From NCBI GenBank assembly GCA_048058975.1, contig JBLLNP010000010.1:59473-83472 (forward strand): 24,000 nucleotides of DNA, written 5' to 3'. The position numbers were made by a program, and so were the translations under genes. Below, piece by piece: positions 13,114 through 21,789 of this stretch (position 1 is the first letter of the stretch; the number at the start of each line of letters is the position of its first letter). This DNA comes from Balneola sp. GTDB taxonomy: Bacteria; Bacteroidota; Rhodothermia; Balneolales; Balneolaceae. The notes beneath the pieces were generated by a model. That model did not search any database, was not told where the DNA came from, and was given only the letters and a program-made list of their open reading frames with translations.

Positions 13114-14862
13114 GTGGAACCTAAGCCACTAAATAGTAATCGTAATTCTTTATTTCCGGGTGAACCATTCGAACCGGAAGATGACGAAAGCTGGCAGGTT
13201 AGCTATCTGGATATCATCACAATTATTTTAGGTTTCTTAATCATACTTCTGTCTGCTTCCCAACTAGCTAAAACTGATTTTACTTCACTATCTACGTTAT
13301 TTGGCAATAACTCAGACCGAACCGAATTCATCACTACCCCGGTTGAGGAAATACAGGAAGAACTGGAAACTCTTCTCCAAACCCAAATAGAACAAGAACG
13401 TTTAGAAGTTATCCGTGACTTAAATGATATCAGAATCCGATTCAGAAGTGACGATTTCTACCCTTCAGGAAGTGCAAATATACAAGGATCCGGACTGGAT
13501 TTACTGAACCATGTTCTGCGTGCTTTCCAGCAAACTACCTACAACGATTTTAGCATCGATGTTGAGGGACATACCGACAACGTCCCTATCTCATCTGATC
13601 AATACCCTTCGAACTGGGAGCTTTCAACGGCTCGTGCTTCCAACGTAGTGAAGTATTTCAATCAAATGGGTATTGAGCAAGATCGCCTTAAAGCATCAGG
13701 TTTTGCTGATTCCCGGCCATTAATTCAGTTTGATTCATTTGGTAATCCATTTGCTGCAAGCAAAGAAAAGAACCGAAGAGTTGTACTCCGCTTATATTAT
13801 ACCACAGAAGGACTACAGCGGCAGGCTACTCAGGATGCACTCGCCATACGTGATAACCCGCCTGTGAACGCTGAGGAGGAGGTCTCTCAGCCTGCTGCAT
13901 CAACCGCCGAACAACTTGCTCAGGAAATTGCCCAGATCAGCACATCAAACCAACAGGAACTCATTCCTGAACCTGAGACCCCTCCCGCCCCGGCTCAGAC
14001 CCAGACACCTGTACCTGATCCGACCCCAAACGAAGAAATTTCTCAACGAATCCCTCCTTCTGTCGAACCGGAATCAGATGATACATTACCATTTATTCCT
14101 TCTGTGTTTGATCAGGCTGCATCATGCGATTTTGTGGTTCAAACAGGAAGTTATCAATCACTTTCAAGTGGCTTCCAGGTAGCTAAGAATTCTGAGAATA
14201 AAAGTGGATATGAATTTGAAGTCTCATACAACAATTCGTTGTATTCTGTCCGCTCAAATAAACTTGGATCGCTTTCTAATGCACTATTTGTTCAGAATAT
14301 TGTTTCTAAAGCTTTGAATGAATCCACTATAGGAATTGTGCATCAATGTTATCAATCGAGGCAGCTCGCACCTGAGACACTAACCTATCAGATTCAGTTT
14401 GGAGCATTCAGAAACCAGGAAAACGCACTTAATTATACTATGAATGTGCTGGATCAATACGGAATTCAAACCTATATGAACCGAAGAGGCTCTACGTATC
14501 TTGTAGTTGCAGGGCCTTATACAGGCAGAGAAACTGTGACCGAACAATTACAGGCATTCAAAGAGAAAGGAGTTACTGAAAAAATATATATCCGCCATAC
14601 TGATGAATCTGTAAAGGAATATAATTTTATCTATCAAGTTCAATTGGCTTCATTTTCTAGTCAAAGCGAAGCAAGAACGGCCTTACAGCAAATCCAAACA
14701 AATCTTCAGATTCCGGTAAGCGTTAAACAGCTGAATGATGGAAATTACTATGTGGTCTCAGAAAGGATTACAGACTGGGATGAAACCACTCAGCTCTTCA
14801 GTCGGGCACAAAACAGCAGCTTGAGCTTGAAGCCTGTGATATACTATCTGGAATATCTGTAA
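13114..14862 (+). CDS. motB: MotB-type stator subunit with an OmpA-like peptidoglycan-binding domain, a Pro-rich linker and three C-terminal SPOR-like domains
   Basis: GTG start. The MotB N-terminus WQVSYLDIITIILGFLIILLSAS carries the invariant TM Asp (D33, nt 13210-13212). The OmpA-like core is IDVEGHTDNVPISSDQYPSNWELSTARASNVVKYF...GFADSRPL...NRRVVLRL (nt about 13420-13800). The linker is PEPETPPAPAQTQTPVPDPTP. SPOR-like units lie at about 14125-14313, 14380-14583 and 14626-14838. Confidence 0.8.
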   Translation: MEPKPLNSNRNSLFPGEPFEPEDDESWQVSYLDIITIILGFLIILLSASQLAKTDFTSLSTLFGNNSDRTEFITTPVEEIQEELETLLQTQIEQERLEVIRDLNDIRIRFRSDDFYPSGSANIQGSGLDLLNHVLRAFQQTTYNDFSIDVEGHTDNVPISSDQYPSNWELSTARASNVVKYFNQMGIEQDRLKASGFADSRPLIQFDSFGNPFAASKEKNRRVVLRLYYTTEGLQRQATQDALAIRDNPPVNAEEEVSQPAASTAEQLAQEIAQISTSNQQELIPEPETPPAPAQTQTPVPDPTPNEEISQRIPPSVEPESDDTLPFIPSVFDQAASCDFVVQTGSYQSLSSGFQVAKNSENKSGYEFEVSYNNSLYSVRSNKLGSLSNALFVQNIVSKALNESTIGIVHQCYQSRQLAPETLTYQIQFGAFRNQENALNYTMNVLDQYGIQTYMNRRGSTYLVVAGPYTGRETVTEQLQAFKEKGVTEKIYIRHTDESVKEYNFIYQVQLASFSSQSEARTALQQIQTNLQIPVSVKQLNDGNYYVVSERITDWDETTQLFSRAQNSSLSLKPVIYYLEYL

Positions 14863-14867
14863 ACAAA

Positions 14868-14898
14868 AAAGGCTTCTTAATCATCTTAAGAAGCCTTT
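14868..14898. terminator. Bidirectional rho-independent terminator between the convergent motB-like and PDH E2 genes
   Basis: A perfect 13-bp stem AAAGGCTTCTTAA / TTAAGAAGCCTTT with loop TCATC. An A-run lies upstream, which is a T-run on the minus strand. A shorter T-rich tail follows on the plus strand. Confidence 0.8.
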
Positions 14899-14917
14899 CT
14901 GAAAGTCAAACCTTTGT

Positions 14918-16156
14918 CTAGAGAAGCATTGACAATGGATTCTCGATAAGATTTCTAACCGTGTTAAGGAACTGAGCTGCTTTTGCACCATCCACTACCC
15001 GGTGATCGCTGGAAAGAGTAACCTTCATTCGTTTGCCTGGCACAATTTCACCATTCTCTACTACAGGCACATCTCTTATAGCTCCCACAGCAAGAATACA
15101 AGCATTTGGAGGGTTTATAATCGCTGTGAATTCTTCAATCCCAAACATTCCAAGATTACTGATGGTGAAGGTACTTCCCTCCATTTGATCTGGCTGAAGC
15201 TTACGATCGCGCGCCAATCCTGCAAGCTCTCTGGTTTCAGATGAAATTTGAAGTAAGCCTTTTTTGTCTGCATGATTAATTACAGGAGTCATTAAGCCTT
15301 CATCAATTGCTACAGCTACCGCGATATTAACATCACCATGCTCCATAATCACATCGCCTAGCCATGAACTATTTATTGCTTGATGGCGCGTTAAGGCAAT
15401 TGCACAAGCTTTTACCACAATATCATTAAAGCTGATTTTAACATCATTAGCTTCGTTCATAGCCTTACGGGCTGCGAATGCCGCTTTCATATCAATATCG
15501 ATGGTCTCATAGAAATGAGGATTAGTAAACTTGCTCTCAGAAAGTCGGCGAGCAATCACCTTTCTCATCTGAGAGATTTTTACTTCCTTACTTTCAAGAC
15601 TATCGAAACTTGGAGCAGGTGTAGATGCGGCAGCCGGTTTTGTTAATCCACCTGAACCTTTAAAGTCCTCTACATCCTTTTTTACAATACGTCCTTCAGG
15701 CCCTGTTCCACTTACACCGGATAGATCAATTCCTTTGTCCTCGGCAATTTTCTTGGCCAATGGTGAAGCTTTAACTCTACCATTATCAGAAGAAGAGGAA
15801 CTTTCAGTCTGGGTTGAAGCCTCTTCTTTCGTAGGCTCTGAAGTTGCTTCTTGTTTTACCTCTTCTTTTTCTTCTGAGGAAGAAGCCCCCTCTTCGAGCA
15901 TACCGGAAATGTCTTCTCCTTTTTCTCCAATAATTGCAATTATTCCACCCAATGGAACGGCGTCACCTTCTCCGGGGACAATTTTCAGAATGGTACCTCC
16001 GTCAAATACTTCCACATCCATAGTAGCCTTGTCCGTTTCTACTTCGGCGATAATATCACCTGCTTCTACGGTGTCACCTTCTTTCACATTCCATTTCGCG
16101 ATAACCCCTTCTTCCATGGTATCGCTGAGTTTGGGCATTTCAATCTTAATTGCCAT
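14918..16156 (-). CDS. pdhC: Pyruvate dehydrogenase complex E2, dihydrolipoamide acetyltransferase
   Basis: The lipoyl domain is MPKLSDTMEEGVIAKW...ETDKATMDVE, followed by an Ala/Ser/Glu-rich linker and an E3/E1-binding segment (ASPLAKKIAEDKGIDLSGVSGTGPEGRIVKKDV). The catalytic motif is SSDHRVVDGAKAAQFL. The gene lies downstream of the E1 alpha/beta genes. Confidence 0.95.
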   Translation of the reverse strand: MAIKIEMPKLSDTMEEGVIAKWNVKEGDTVEAGDIIAEVETDKATMDVEVFDGGTILKIVPGEGDAVPLGGIIAIIGEKGEDISGMLEEGASSSEEKEEVKQEATSEPTKEEASTQTESSSSSDNGRVKASPLAKKIAEDKGIDLSGVSGTGPEGRIVKKDVEDFKGSGGLTKPAAASTPAPSFDSLESKEVKISQMRKVIARRLSESKFTNPHFYETIDIDMKAAFAARKAMNEANDVKISFNDIVVKACAIALTRHQAINSSWLGDVIMEHGDVNIAVAVAIDEGLMTPVINHADKKGLLQISSETRELAGLARDRKLQPDQMEGSTFTISNLGMFGIEEFTAIINPPNACILAVGAIRDVPVVENGEIVPGKRMKVTLSSDHRVVDGAKAAQFLNTVRNLIENPLSMLL

Positions 16157-16177
16157 AATTCCTGAGTTTGAGTGAGT

Positions 16178-17161
16178 TTAAGTTCTGTAAGTTACCTGTT
16201 TTACTGCATCAATAACCTGCTTTGGACTTGGAAACCATGCATCAAAAAGGTTTTTAGCGAATGGAGCATTTATATCCGGCAATGTAACCCGCTGAACTGG
16301 GGCATCCAGATAATCAAAGGCTTCGCGCTGAATCAAAAAGCCAATTTCTGCTGCAAATCCAGCAAATGGATGAGCTTCATCTACTACTACGCATCGGTTC
16401 GTTTTCTTAACCGATTCGATAATTAAAGGAAGATCAAGAGGTTTTACCGTTCTTGGATCTATGATTTCCACTTCTACACCGTCTTTGGCAAGCTGATTGG
16501 CAGCCTGAACTGCTACATGATACATTTTCCCGTGAGCAACAATAGTCACATCGCTTCCTTCACGTTTAATTTTTCCTTTTCCAATAGGAATGATGTAGTC
16601 ATCTTCGTCTGATACTTCGCCTTTCAACCCATACATTTGTTCAGATTCCATGAAAAGTACAGGGTTGTCGTCGCGAATTGCTGATTTCATCAGACCTTTC
16701 GCATCATCTGGTTCGGAAACGTAAATTACTTTTAGCCCGGGAAAGTGAGCATACATGGAATCGTATGCAACAGAATGTGTTGCTCCCAACTGCCCTGCTG
16801 AAGCATTTGGGCCACGAAATACAATAGGGCAATCAGCCTGACCGCCGGTCATATATTTTACTTTTGTAGCGTGATTTATGATTTGGTCAGCTGCCAGTAC
16901 AGCAAAATTAAAAGTCATGAACTCGACAATAGGTCTGAGTCCACCCATTGCTGCACCAACACCAATCCCCGCGAACCCAAGCTCTGAAATTGGAGTATCG
17001 ATAACCCTTCTAAAGCCATATTTATCGAGGAGACCTTCGGTTACTTTGTAAGCACCGTTATATTCAGCGACTTCCTCTCCCATAACGAACACTCGTTCAT
17101 CACGGCCCATTTCTTCATCGATCGCGTGCTTTATTGCTTCTCTAAATTGTAATTCAGCCAT
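16178..17161 (-). CDS. pdhB: Pyruvate dehydrogenase E1 component, beta subunit
   Basis: 327 aa with typical transketolase-like pyrimidine-binding and C-terminal domains (VIDTPISELGFAGIGVGAAMGGLRPIVEFMTFNF...). It sits between E1 alpha and E2. Confidence 0.95.
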   Translation of the reverse strand: MAELQFREAIKHAIDEEMGRDERVFVMGEEVAEYNGAYKVTEGLLDKYGFRRVIDTPISELGFAGIGVGAAMGGLRPIVEFMTFNFAVLAADQIINHATKVKYMTGGQADCPIVFRGPNASAGQLGATHSVAYDSMYAHFPGLKVIYVSEPDDAKGLMKSAIRDDNPVLFMESEQMYGLKGEVSDEDDYIIPIGKGKIKREGSDVTIVAHGKMYHVAVQAANQLAKDGVEVEIIDPRTVKPLDLPLIIESVKKTNRCVVVDEAHPFAGFAAEIGFLIQREAFDYLDAPVQRVTLPDINAPFAKNLFDAWFPSPKQVIDAVKQVTYRT

Positions 17162-17184
17162 TTGTAGTAGTTAGTCTCTTAAAA

Positions 17185-18285
17185 TTAAACGTGGAAGTAA
17201 GGATCGTCTTCAACAAACATGTCATCGTACATCTCTTCCAATTCCGGGAATGGAGATTCATCCGCAAATTCCACCGCATCCAATACATCCTGCTCAATGC
17301 GGTCCTCCACTTCTTTCAAAGAATTTTCATCTGCTATTTTATTGGAAAGGATATATTCCTTTAATCTCAGAATCGGATCTATTTTTTGGTACTCTTCCAA
17401 TTCTTCTTTACTTCGGTATTTCTGAGGATCAGACATTGAGTGGCCTCTGTAACGGTAAGTACGAATTTCCACGAAATATGGCTCGTCGTTCTCGCGAACA
17501 TCATCGGCAATTTCTTTCATTTTCTCATATACAGAGAACACATCCATTCCGTTAATCACAGCACTTTTCATTCCGTATCCTTTGGCGCGATCCACGATTT
17601 CAGCTACGGTGTGTCGTTTTGCGGCGGTCCCCATAGAGTAGCCATTGTTTTCCACAACAAAAATAACCGGAAGCTTCCATAGCTGAGCCATATTCATGGT
17701 TTCATGAAGGGCTCCCTGATCAACAGCACCGTCTCCGAAGAACGTAGCCGATATTTTACCTGTCCTGTTGTATTTGTTCGCAAATGCGAGTCCTGCTCCG
17801 ATAGGAATATGACCTCCTACAATTCCATATCCTCCCCAGAAATGATTCTCTGATTTGGCAAAGTGCATTGAACCACCTTTACCCTTAGAACATCCTGTAG
17901 CTTTACCAAAAAGCTCAGCCATTCCTTCTTTTGGCGTGATTCCACGACATAATCCCCAGCCGTGATCCCTATAACCGGTTATAATGTCATCTTTGTCATC
18001 AAAGGCGAATACGGTGCCTGTAGAAATAGCTTCCTGGCCAATATAAAGATGTAGAAACCCACCGAATTTACCCTTCTGGTACTGTTGCATTGAACGTTCT
18101 TCGAAACGACGTTGCAGATACATTTGCTCGTACATCGCTTTCAGATCGTCTTCTGAAAGTCCTAATGCTTTATGCTTCTTTTTAGTAGCAGGTGGTAAGT
18201 CAACCCCTTTCTGTACTACTCCGTCGCTTTCTTCGCCAATGCCACGAGGGGCAAAAACGATGTCGTCTTTTTTATTTTTCGCCAT
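17185..18285 (-). CDS. pdhA: Pyruvate dehydrogenase E1 component, alpha subunit (TPP-binding)
   Basis: The TPP motif is GDGAVDQGALHETMNMAQLWKLPVIFVVENNGY and the phosphorylation-loop-like segment is YRYRGHSMSDP. I prefer the ATG at 18285 (MAKNKKDD...) over the TTG at 18315 used by the ORF track. Confidence 0.93.
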   Translation of the reverse strand: MAKNKKDDIVFAPRGIGEESDGVVQKGVDLPPATKKKHKALGLSEDDLKAMYEQMYLQRRFEERSMQQYQKGKFGGFLHLYIGQEAISTGTVFAFDDKDDIITGYRDHGWGLCRGITPKEGMAELFGKATGCSKGKGGSMHFAKSENHFWGGYGIVGGHIPIGAGLAFANKYNRTGKISATFFGDGAVDQGALHETMNMAQLWKLPVIFVVENNGYSMGTAAKRHTVAEIVDRAKGYGMKSAVINGMDVFSVYEKMKEIADDVRENDEPYFVEIRTYRYRGHSMSDPQKYRSKEELEEYQKIDPILRLKEYILSNKIADENSLKEVEDRIEQDVLDAVEFADESPFPELEEMYDDMFVEDDPYFHV

Positions 18286-18371
18286 AGTTAATTTCTTCTT
18301 ATCGATATCCCTCAAAAGGGGTCAAAATATATCTATTTTTTTGGAAGTTTTCGTGGTTGGATTTATCTGAC

Positions 18372-21041
18372 TCAACTAATGCTTTCCAACACAATATCAT
18401 TCACCTTTTCCAGTGCCTCGCCAAGTTTTTCGGGGATTCGCCCACCAGCGGTTGCAAGGTTGGGTTGGCCACCACCTCCTCCGCCAACTAAACGACCAAG
18501 TTGTCCCACTAAAGCTCCGGCTTTTAATCCCTTTTCTTTGATCAGGTCTTCGGTAACAGCTACCATCAGAAAGACTTTTCCTTCGGCCTCATCCTTTGAA
18601 CCAAGTACTGTTACGGTATTTTTTGGTGATTTTTGAAGAGCGTCATAACCAAGCTGCTTCAGCACATTCATATCCGCGCCGGAGATTTCCCCTTTTACCA
18701 AAGAGATAGAATTATTCAGGTTTTCAGAAGAGTTCAACAACTCATCCAGTTTCGCTCCGGTATTTTGGAGATTGAGTTTTTCCAGCTCTTTTTCGAGTGC
18801 TTTCTTTTCTTCCTGAAGTTTTTGGATGCTGGCTACCAGATCATCCGTTTGCCCAAATGCTGATTTAATACTTCTAACCGTGTGCTTTTCTTCCCGAATG
18901 AGCTTATCAGCAGCTTTACCGGTAACAGCCTCAATCCTTCTTATGCCAGCAGCTACCGAACTTTCGTGAACAAACCGGAAATAGCCAATCTCCCCGGTTG
19001 CACCCACATGTGTGCCACCGCATAATTCCACAGAATAATCCTCATCAAAAGTTATTACACGAACAAAATCACCGTACTTTTCCCCGAAAAGCATCATTGC
19101 TCCTTTTTCGCGAGCCTCATCAATCGGCACATTCCGTTCTTCGATCAAAGGGATGTTTTCCTGGATTTTCTCATTTACTTGTGCTTCCACTTTATCCAAT
19201 TGTTCCTGAGTCATTGCTTCGTAGTGAGAAAAATCAAAACGAAGATGATGCTCATTAACCAAAGATCCTTTTTGGGCAACATGATCACCGAGAACATCTC
19301 TTAGAGCAGCGTGAGCTAAGTGTGTAGCAGAGTGATGTTTCTGGATTTCGAGTCTGCGGTTTATATCAATGGTTGCCGTCCAGTTGCCATCCAGTTTCTC
19401 AGGAAGTTTTGCAGTGTAATGGATGAAATTCCCTTGATTTTTCTGAACATCTATAATATGAATAAACTCTTCTCCATTATTGAGCATACCGGTATCAGCA
19501 ACTTGCCCCCCACTTTCTGCATAAAAAGGAGTTTTTGAAAGTTGAAGTGCAAAACGATCGCCTTCTTTCCTGTAAGCAGTGATTTGTACTTCAGTTTCGA
19601 AATCATCATAGCCCGTAAATTCAAAATCAGATGTTTCTTGTAAAAACACCCATTCATTTACTAAACTCTGATCAACTCCGAACTTACCAGCTGCGCGAGC
19701 GCGATCTTTCTGCTCCTTCATGTTTGTGTTGAAGCCTTCCTCATCCACTTCAATCCCTTGTTCCCGAGCCATTAGCTGTGTTAAATCGATCGGAAAGCCA
19801 TAGGTATCATGTAATTTGAAAGCATCTTCTCCGGAAAGTTTTTTCTTTCCTTTAATCATTTCGCTGAAGATGTCTATGCCCTGACCCAGAGTCTTCAAAA
19901 AGCTCTTTTCTTCGGCACGAACCACATTGGTTATATATTCCTGTTGTGCAACTACTTCCGGGAATACTTCCTTAAACTGGTCAGCAAGTACATTCACCAG
20001 TTTGTACATAAACGGTTCTTTAAAACCGAGCTTATCCCATCCATAACGTATCGCTCGACGCTGAATACGCCGGATTACATAGCCACGACCATCATTTCCC
20101 GGAGAAGCTCCATCCGCAATTGAAAAAACCACGGCACGAATGTGATCAGCTATTACGCGCATGGCAATGTCTTTCTCTTCATCCTGACCATACTTCACCC
20201 CAGCCAGTTTAGAAATCTCATTTAAAAGCGGAGTAAATACATCAGAATCGTAATTGGAGAACTTACCTTGCAGAACAGCACACACTCTTTCAAAGCCCAT
20301 CCCCGTATCCACATGCTGCGCCGGAAGTGTTTTTAGTGCTCCATCAGCCTGACGATTAAATTGGATGAATACAAGATTCCAGATTTCCATCACCCGAGGA
20401 TCGTCCATATTTACAAGCTCGGCACCATCTTGTTTTTTACGCTCCTCATCAGAACGAAGATCGATGTGTACTTCAGAACAAGGACCACACGGTCCGGTAT
20501 CTCCCATTTCCCAGAAGTTATCTTTCTTGCCAAACTTCAGAATGTGATTATGCGCGATGGAAGTCTCGCTTTTCCAGAGTTCAATAGCTTCATCATCAAC
20601 AGGAAGACCGTCTTCTTCATCTCCCCCAAAAACGGTAGCATACAACCGGTCAGGATCCATTCCCCAACGATCAACCAATAATTCCCATGCCCAGGCAATA
20701 GCATCTTTTTTGAAGTAGTCTCCAAAAGACCAGTTTCCGAGCATCTCAAACAGTGTATGATGGTAAGTATCATGCCCTACTTCTTCCAGATCGTTATGCT
20801 TACCACTCACCCGAATACATTTCTGGGTATCGGCAGCTCTATTCCATAACTTCCCCCCATGATTTAGTGCTTTTTCTTCCCCAAGAAAAATCGGCTTAAA
20901 TTGGTTCATTCCCGCATTGGTGAATAAAAGCGTAGGATCGTCTTTTGGAACAACCGGTGCACTTTCAACAATGGCGTGTTCCTTCTCTGCAAAGAATTCC
21001 AGAAATTCGTTTCTGATTTGGGAAGATGTCTTAACGGGCAT
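18372..21041 (-). CDS. alaS: Alanine--tRNA ligase
   Basis: 889 aa. The N-terminus FLEFFAEKEHAIVESAPVVPKDDPTLLFTNAGMNQFK is class II AlaRS. The editing-domain motifs are HSATHLAHAAL and CGGTHV. The C-terminus is DHHA1-like (GGGGGGQPNLATAGG). Confidence 0.97.
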   Translation of the reverse strand: MPVKTSSQIRNEFLEFFAEKEHAIVESAPVVPKDDPTLLFTNAGMNQFKPIFLGEEKALNHGGKLWNRAADTQKCIRVSGKHNDLEEVGHDTYHHTLFEMLGNWSFGDYFKKDAIAWAWELLVDRWGMDPDRLYATVFGGDEEDGLPVDDEAIELWKSETSIAHNHILKFGKKDNFWEMGDTGPCGPCSEVHIDLRSDEERKKQDGAELVNMDDPRVMEIWNLVFIQFNRQADGALKTLPAQHVDTGMGFERVCAVLQGKFSNYDSDVFTPLLNEISKLAGVKYGQDEEKDIAMRVIADHIRAVVFSIADGASPGNDGRGYVIRRIQRRAIRYGWDKLGFKEPFMYKLVNVLADQFKEVFPEVVAQQEYITNVVRAEEKSFLKTLGQGIDIFSEMIKGKKKLSGEDAFKLHDTYGFPIDLTQLMAREQGIEVDEEGFNTNMKEQKDRARAAGKFGVDQSLVNEWVFLQETSDFEFTGYDDFETEVQITAYRKEGDRFALQLSKTPFYAESGGQVADTGMLNNGEEFIHIIDVQKNQGNFIHYTAKLPEKLDGNWTATIDINRRLEIQKHHSATHLAHAALRDVLGDHVAQKGSLVNEHHLRFDFSHYEAMTQEQLDKVEAQVNEKIQENIPLIEERNVPIDEAREKGAMMLFGEKYGDFVRVITFDEDYSVELCGGTHVGATGEIGYFRFVHESSVAAGIRRIEAVTGKAADKLIREEKHTVRSIKSAFGQTDDLVASIQKLQEEKKALEKELEKLNLQNTGAKLDELLNSSENLNNSISLVKGEISGADMNVLKQLGYDALQKSPKNTVTVLGSKDEAEGKVFLMVAVTEDLIKEKGLKAGALVGQLGRLVGGGGGGQPNLATAGGRIPEKLGEALEKVNDIVLESIS

Positions 21042-21156
21042 TAATTTACGCTGTAGAAATTTTGATTTTAAGGGTTGGGAAGATAGAAAATTTCCAGCTC
21101 TAACTCATGGAACTAATTGAACTACTGAAAGTTATTACATAAAAGAAAAGAAGCCG

Positions 21157-21726
21157 ATGAAAACAATATTGAACTATTTTTTAAGAGGGATGTTAATCGT
21201 ATTCCCGTTAGGTGCTACCATCTACTTGGTTAGCATAACCATCAACTGGGTAAATAATATTTTTGATAATCTTTTCTTTAGTTGGTTTGAATGGAATGTA
21301 CCAGGGCTTGGGATTCTTTCAGGTTTTGTAATTATCTCATTAGTTGGATTTGTTTTTACCCGTGCTTTCACCAAGCCTATTGTTCATTTATTTGAGAATC
21401 TCTTCTCAAAAACTCCTTTGGTAAGCATTATTTATACGTCGCTTAGAGATTTAACGGAAGCTTTTGTGGGAGATAAAAAGAAATTTACTAAACCTGTGCG
21501 TATTCAGTTTGGTGAAATGGGCCTGGTTCGGTTTGGGTTTATCACCCAGGAGACGCTTAGTAATCTGGAAATGGAAAATGAAGTTGCCGTTTATTGCCCC
21601 CACTCTTATAACTTTTCCGGAAACTTGTATATCGTGCCTAAAGAGTCAGTCACTCCTGTTAAAGCAGAACCGGCTGACTTCATGCGCTTTATAGTTTCGG
21701 GTGGTGTAACCGGATTTGGGAAATAA
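21157..21726 (+). CDS. DUF502-family membrane protein
   Basis: 189 aa with two N-terminal TM helices and a conserved segment (PGLGILSGFVIISLVGFVF...LFSKTPLVSIIYTSLRDL) typical of DUF502. It is divergent from alaS. Confidence 0.7.
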   Translation: MKTILNYFLRGMLIVFPLGATIYLVSITINWVNNIFDNLFFSWFEWNVPGLGILSGFVIISLVGFVFTRAFTKPIVHLFENLFSKTPLVSIIYTSLRDLTEAFVGDKKKFTKPVRIQFGEMGLVRFGFITQETLSNLEMENEVAVYCPHSYNFSGNLYIVPKESVTPVKAEPADFMRFIVSGGVTGFGK

Positions 21727-21789
21727 AGCAGCCAAAAAAACACTAAACATTAAACTTCGTGATTTTGTGTTTTAGTGGCCTATAAACTT

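Noticed and set aside
13916-14182. 88-aa alternative-frame + ORF inside motB-like
   Set aside because: It lies in the Pro-rich linker region of a well-supported longer ORF. Its product is low-complexity Arg/Leu/Pro-rich, so it is a frame artefact.
9896-14862. Genuine flagellar fliG-motA-motB locus
   Set aside because: No other flagellar, hook, export or chemotaxis genes occur in the 24 kb. The FliG-like region is fused to a signal/TM plus periplasmic domain, whereas flagellar FliG is soluble. The neighbours are fimbrial subunit, chaperone and usher-like genes and a TPR lipoprotein. MotB also carries SPOR domains.
12305-14862. Zorya (ZorAB) anti-phage defence, or a Tol-Pal/ExbBD-TonB system
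   Set aside because: ZorA has a very long C-terminal tail and is accompanied by ZorC/D or ZorE, whereas here the A subunit is only 265 aa and no such partners are present. ExbB/TolQ have 3 TM helices and ExbD/TolR lack an OmpA-like domain. Here the A subunit has 4 TM helices with a large TM2-TM3 loop, and the B subunit has the MotB Asp plus an OmpA-like domain. No TonB, TolA, TolB or Pal-like gene is adjacent.
15735-16175. 146-aa + strand ORF (Ser/Pro-rich) antisense to PDH E2, and similar antisense ORFs at 15002-15244, 16172-16426, 17219-17682, 18379-19538 and 20361-20681
   Set aside because: These are shadow ORFs on the opposite strand of strongly supported housekeeping genes. They are low-complexity or have no recognisable features.
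18286-18315. TTG 18315 start for pdhA
   Set aside because: ATG at 18285 (MAKNKKDD...) is 10 codons downstream and more conventional. The difference is minor and unresolved without homologue alignment.
21727-21789. Hairpin between the convergent DUF502 and FNR genes (CACTAAACA...TGTTTTAGTG)
   Set aside because: The arms are imperfect (one-base bulge) with a loop of about 20 nt. That is too weak to call a terminator with confidence.
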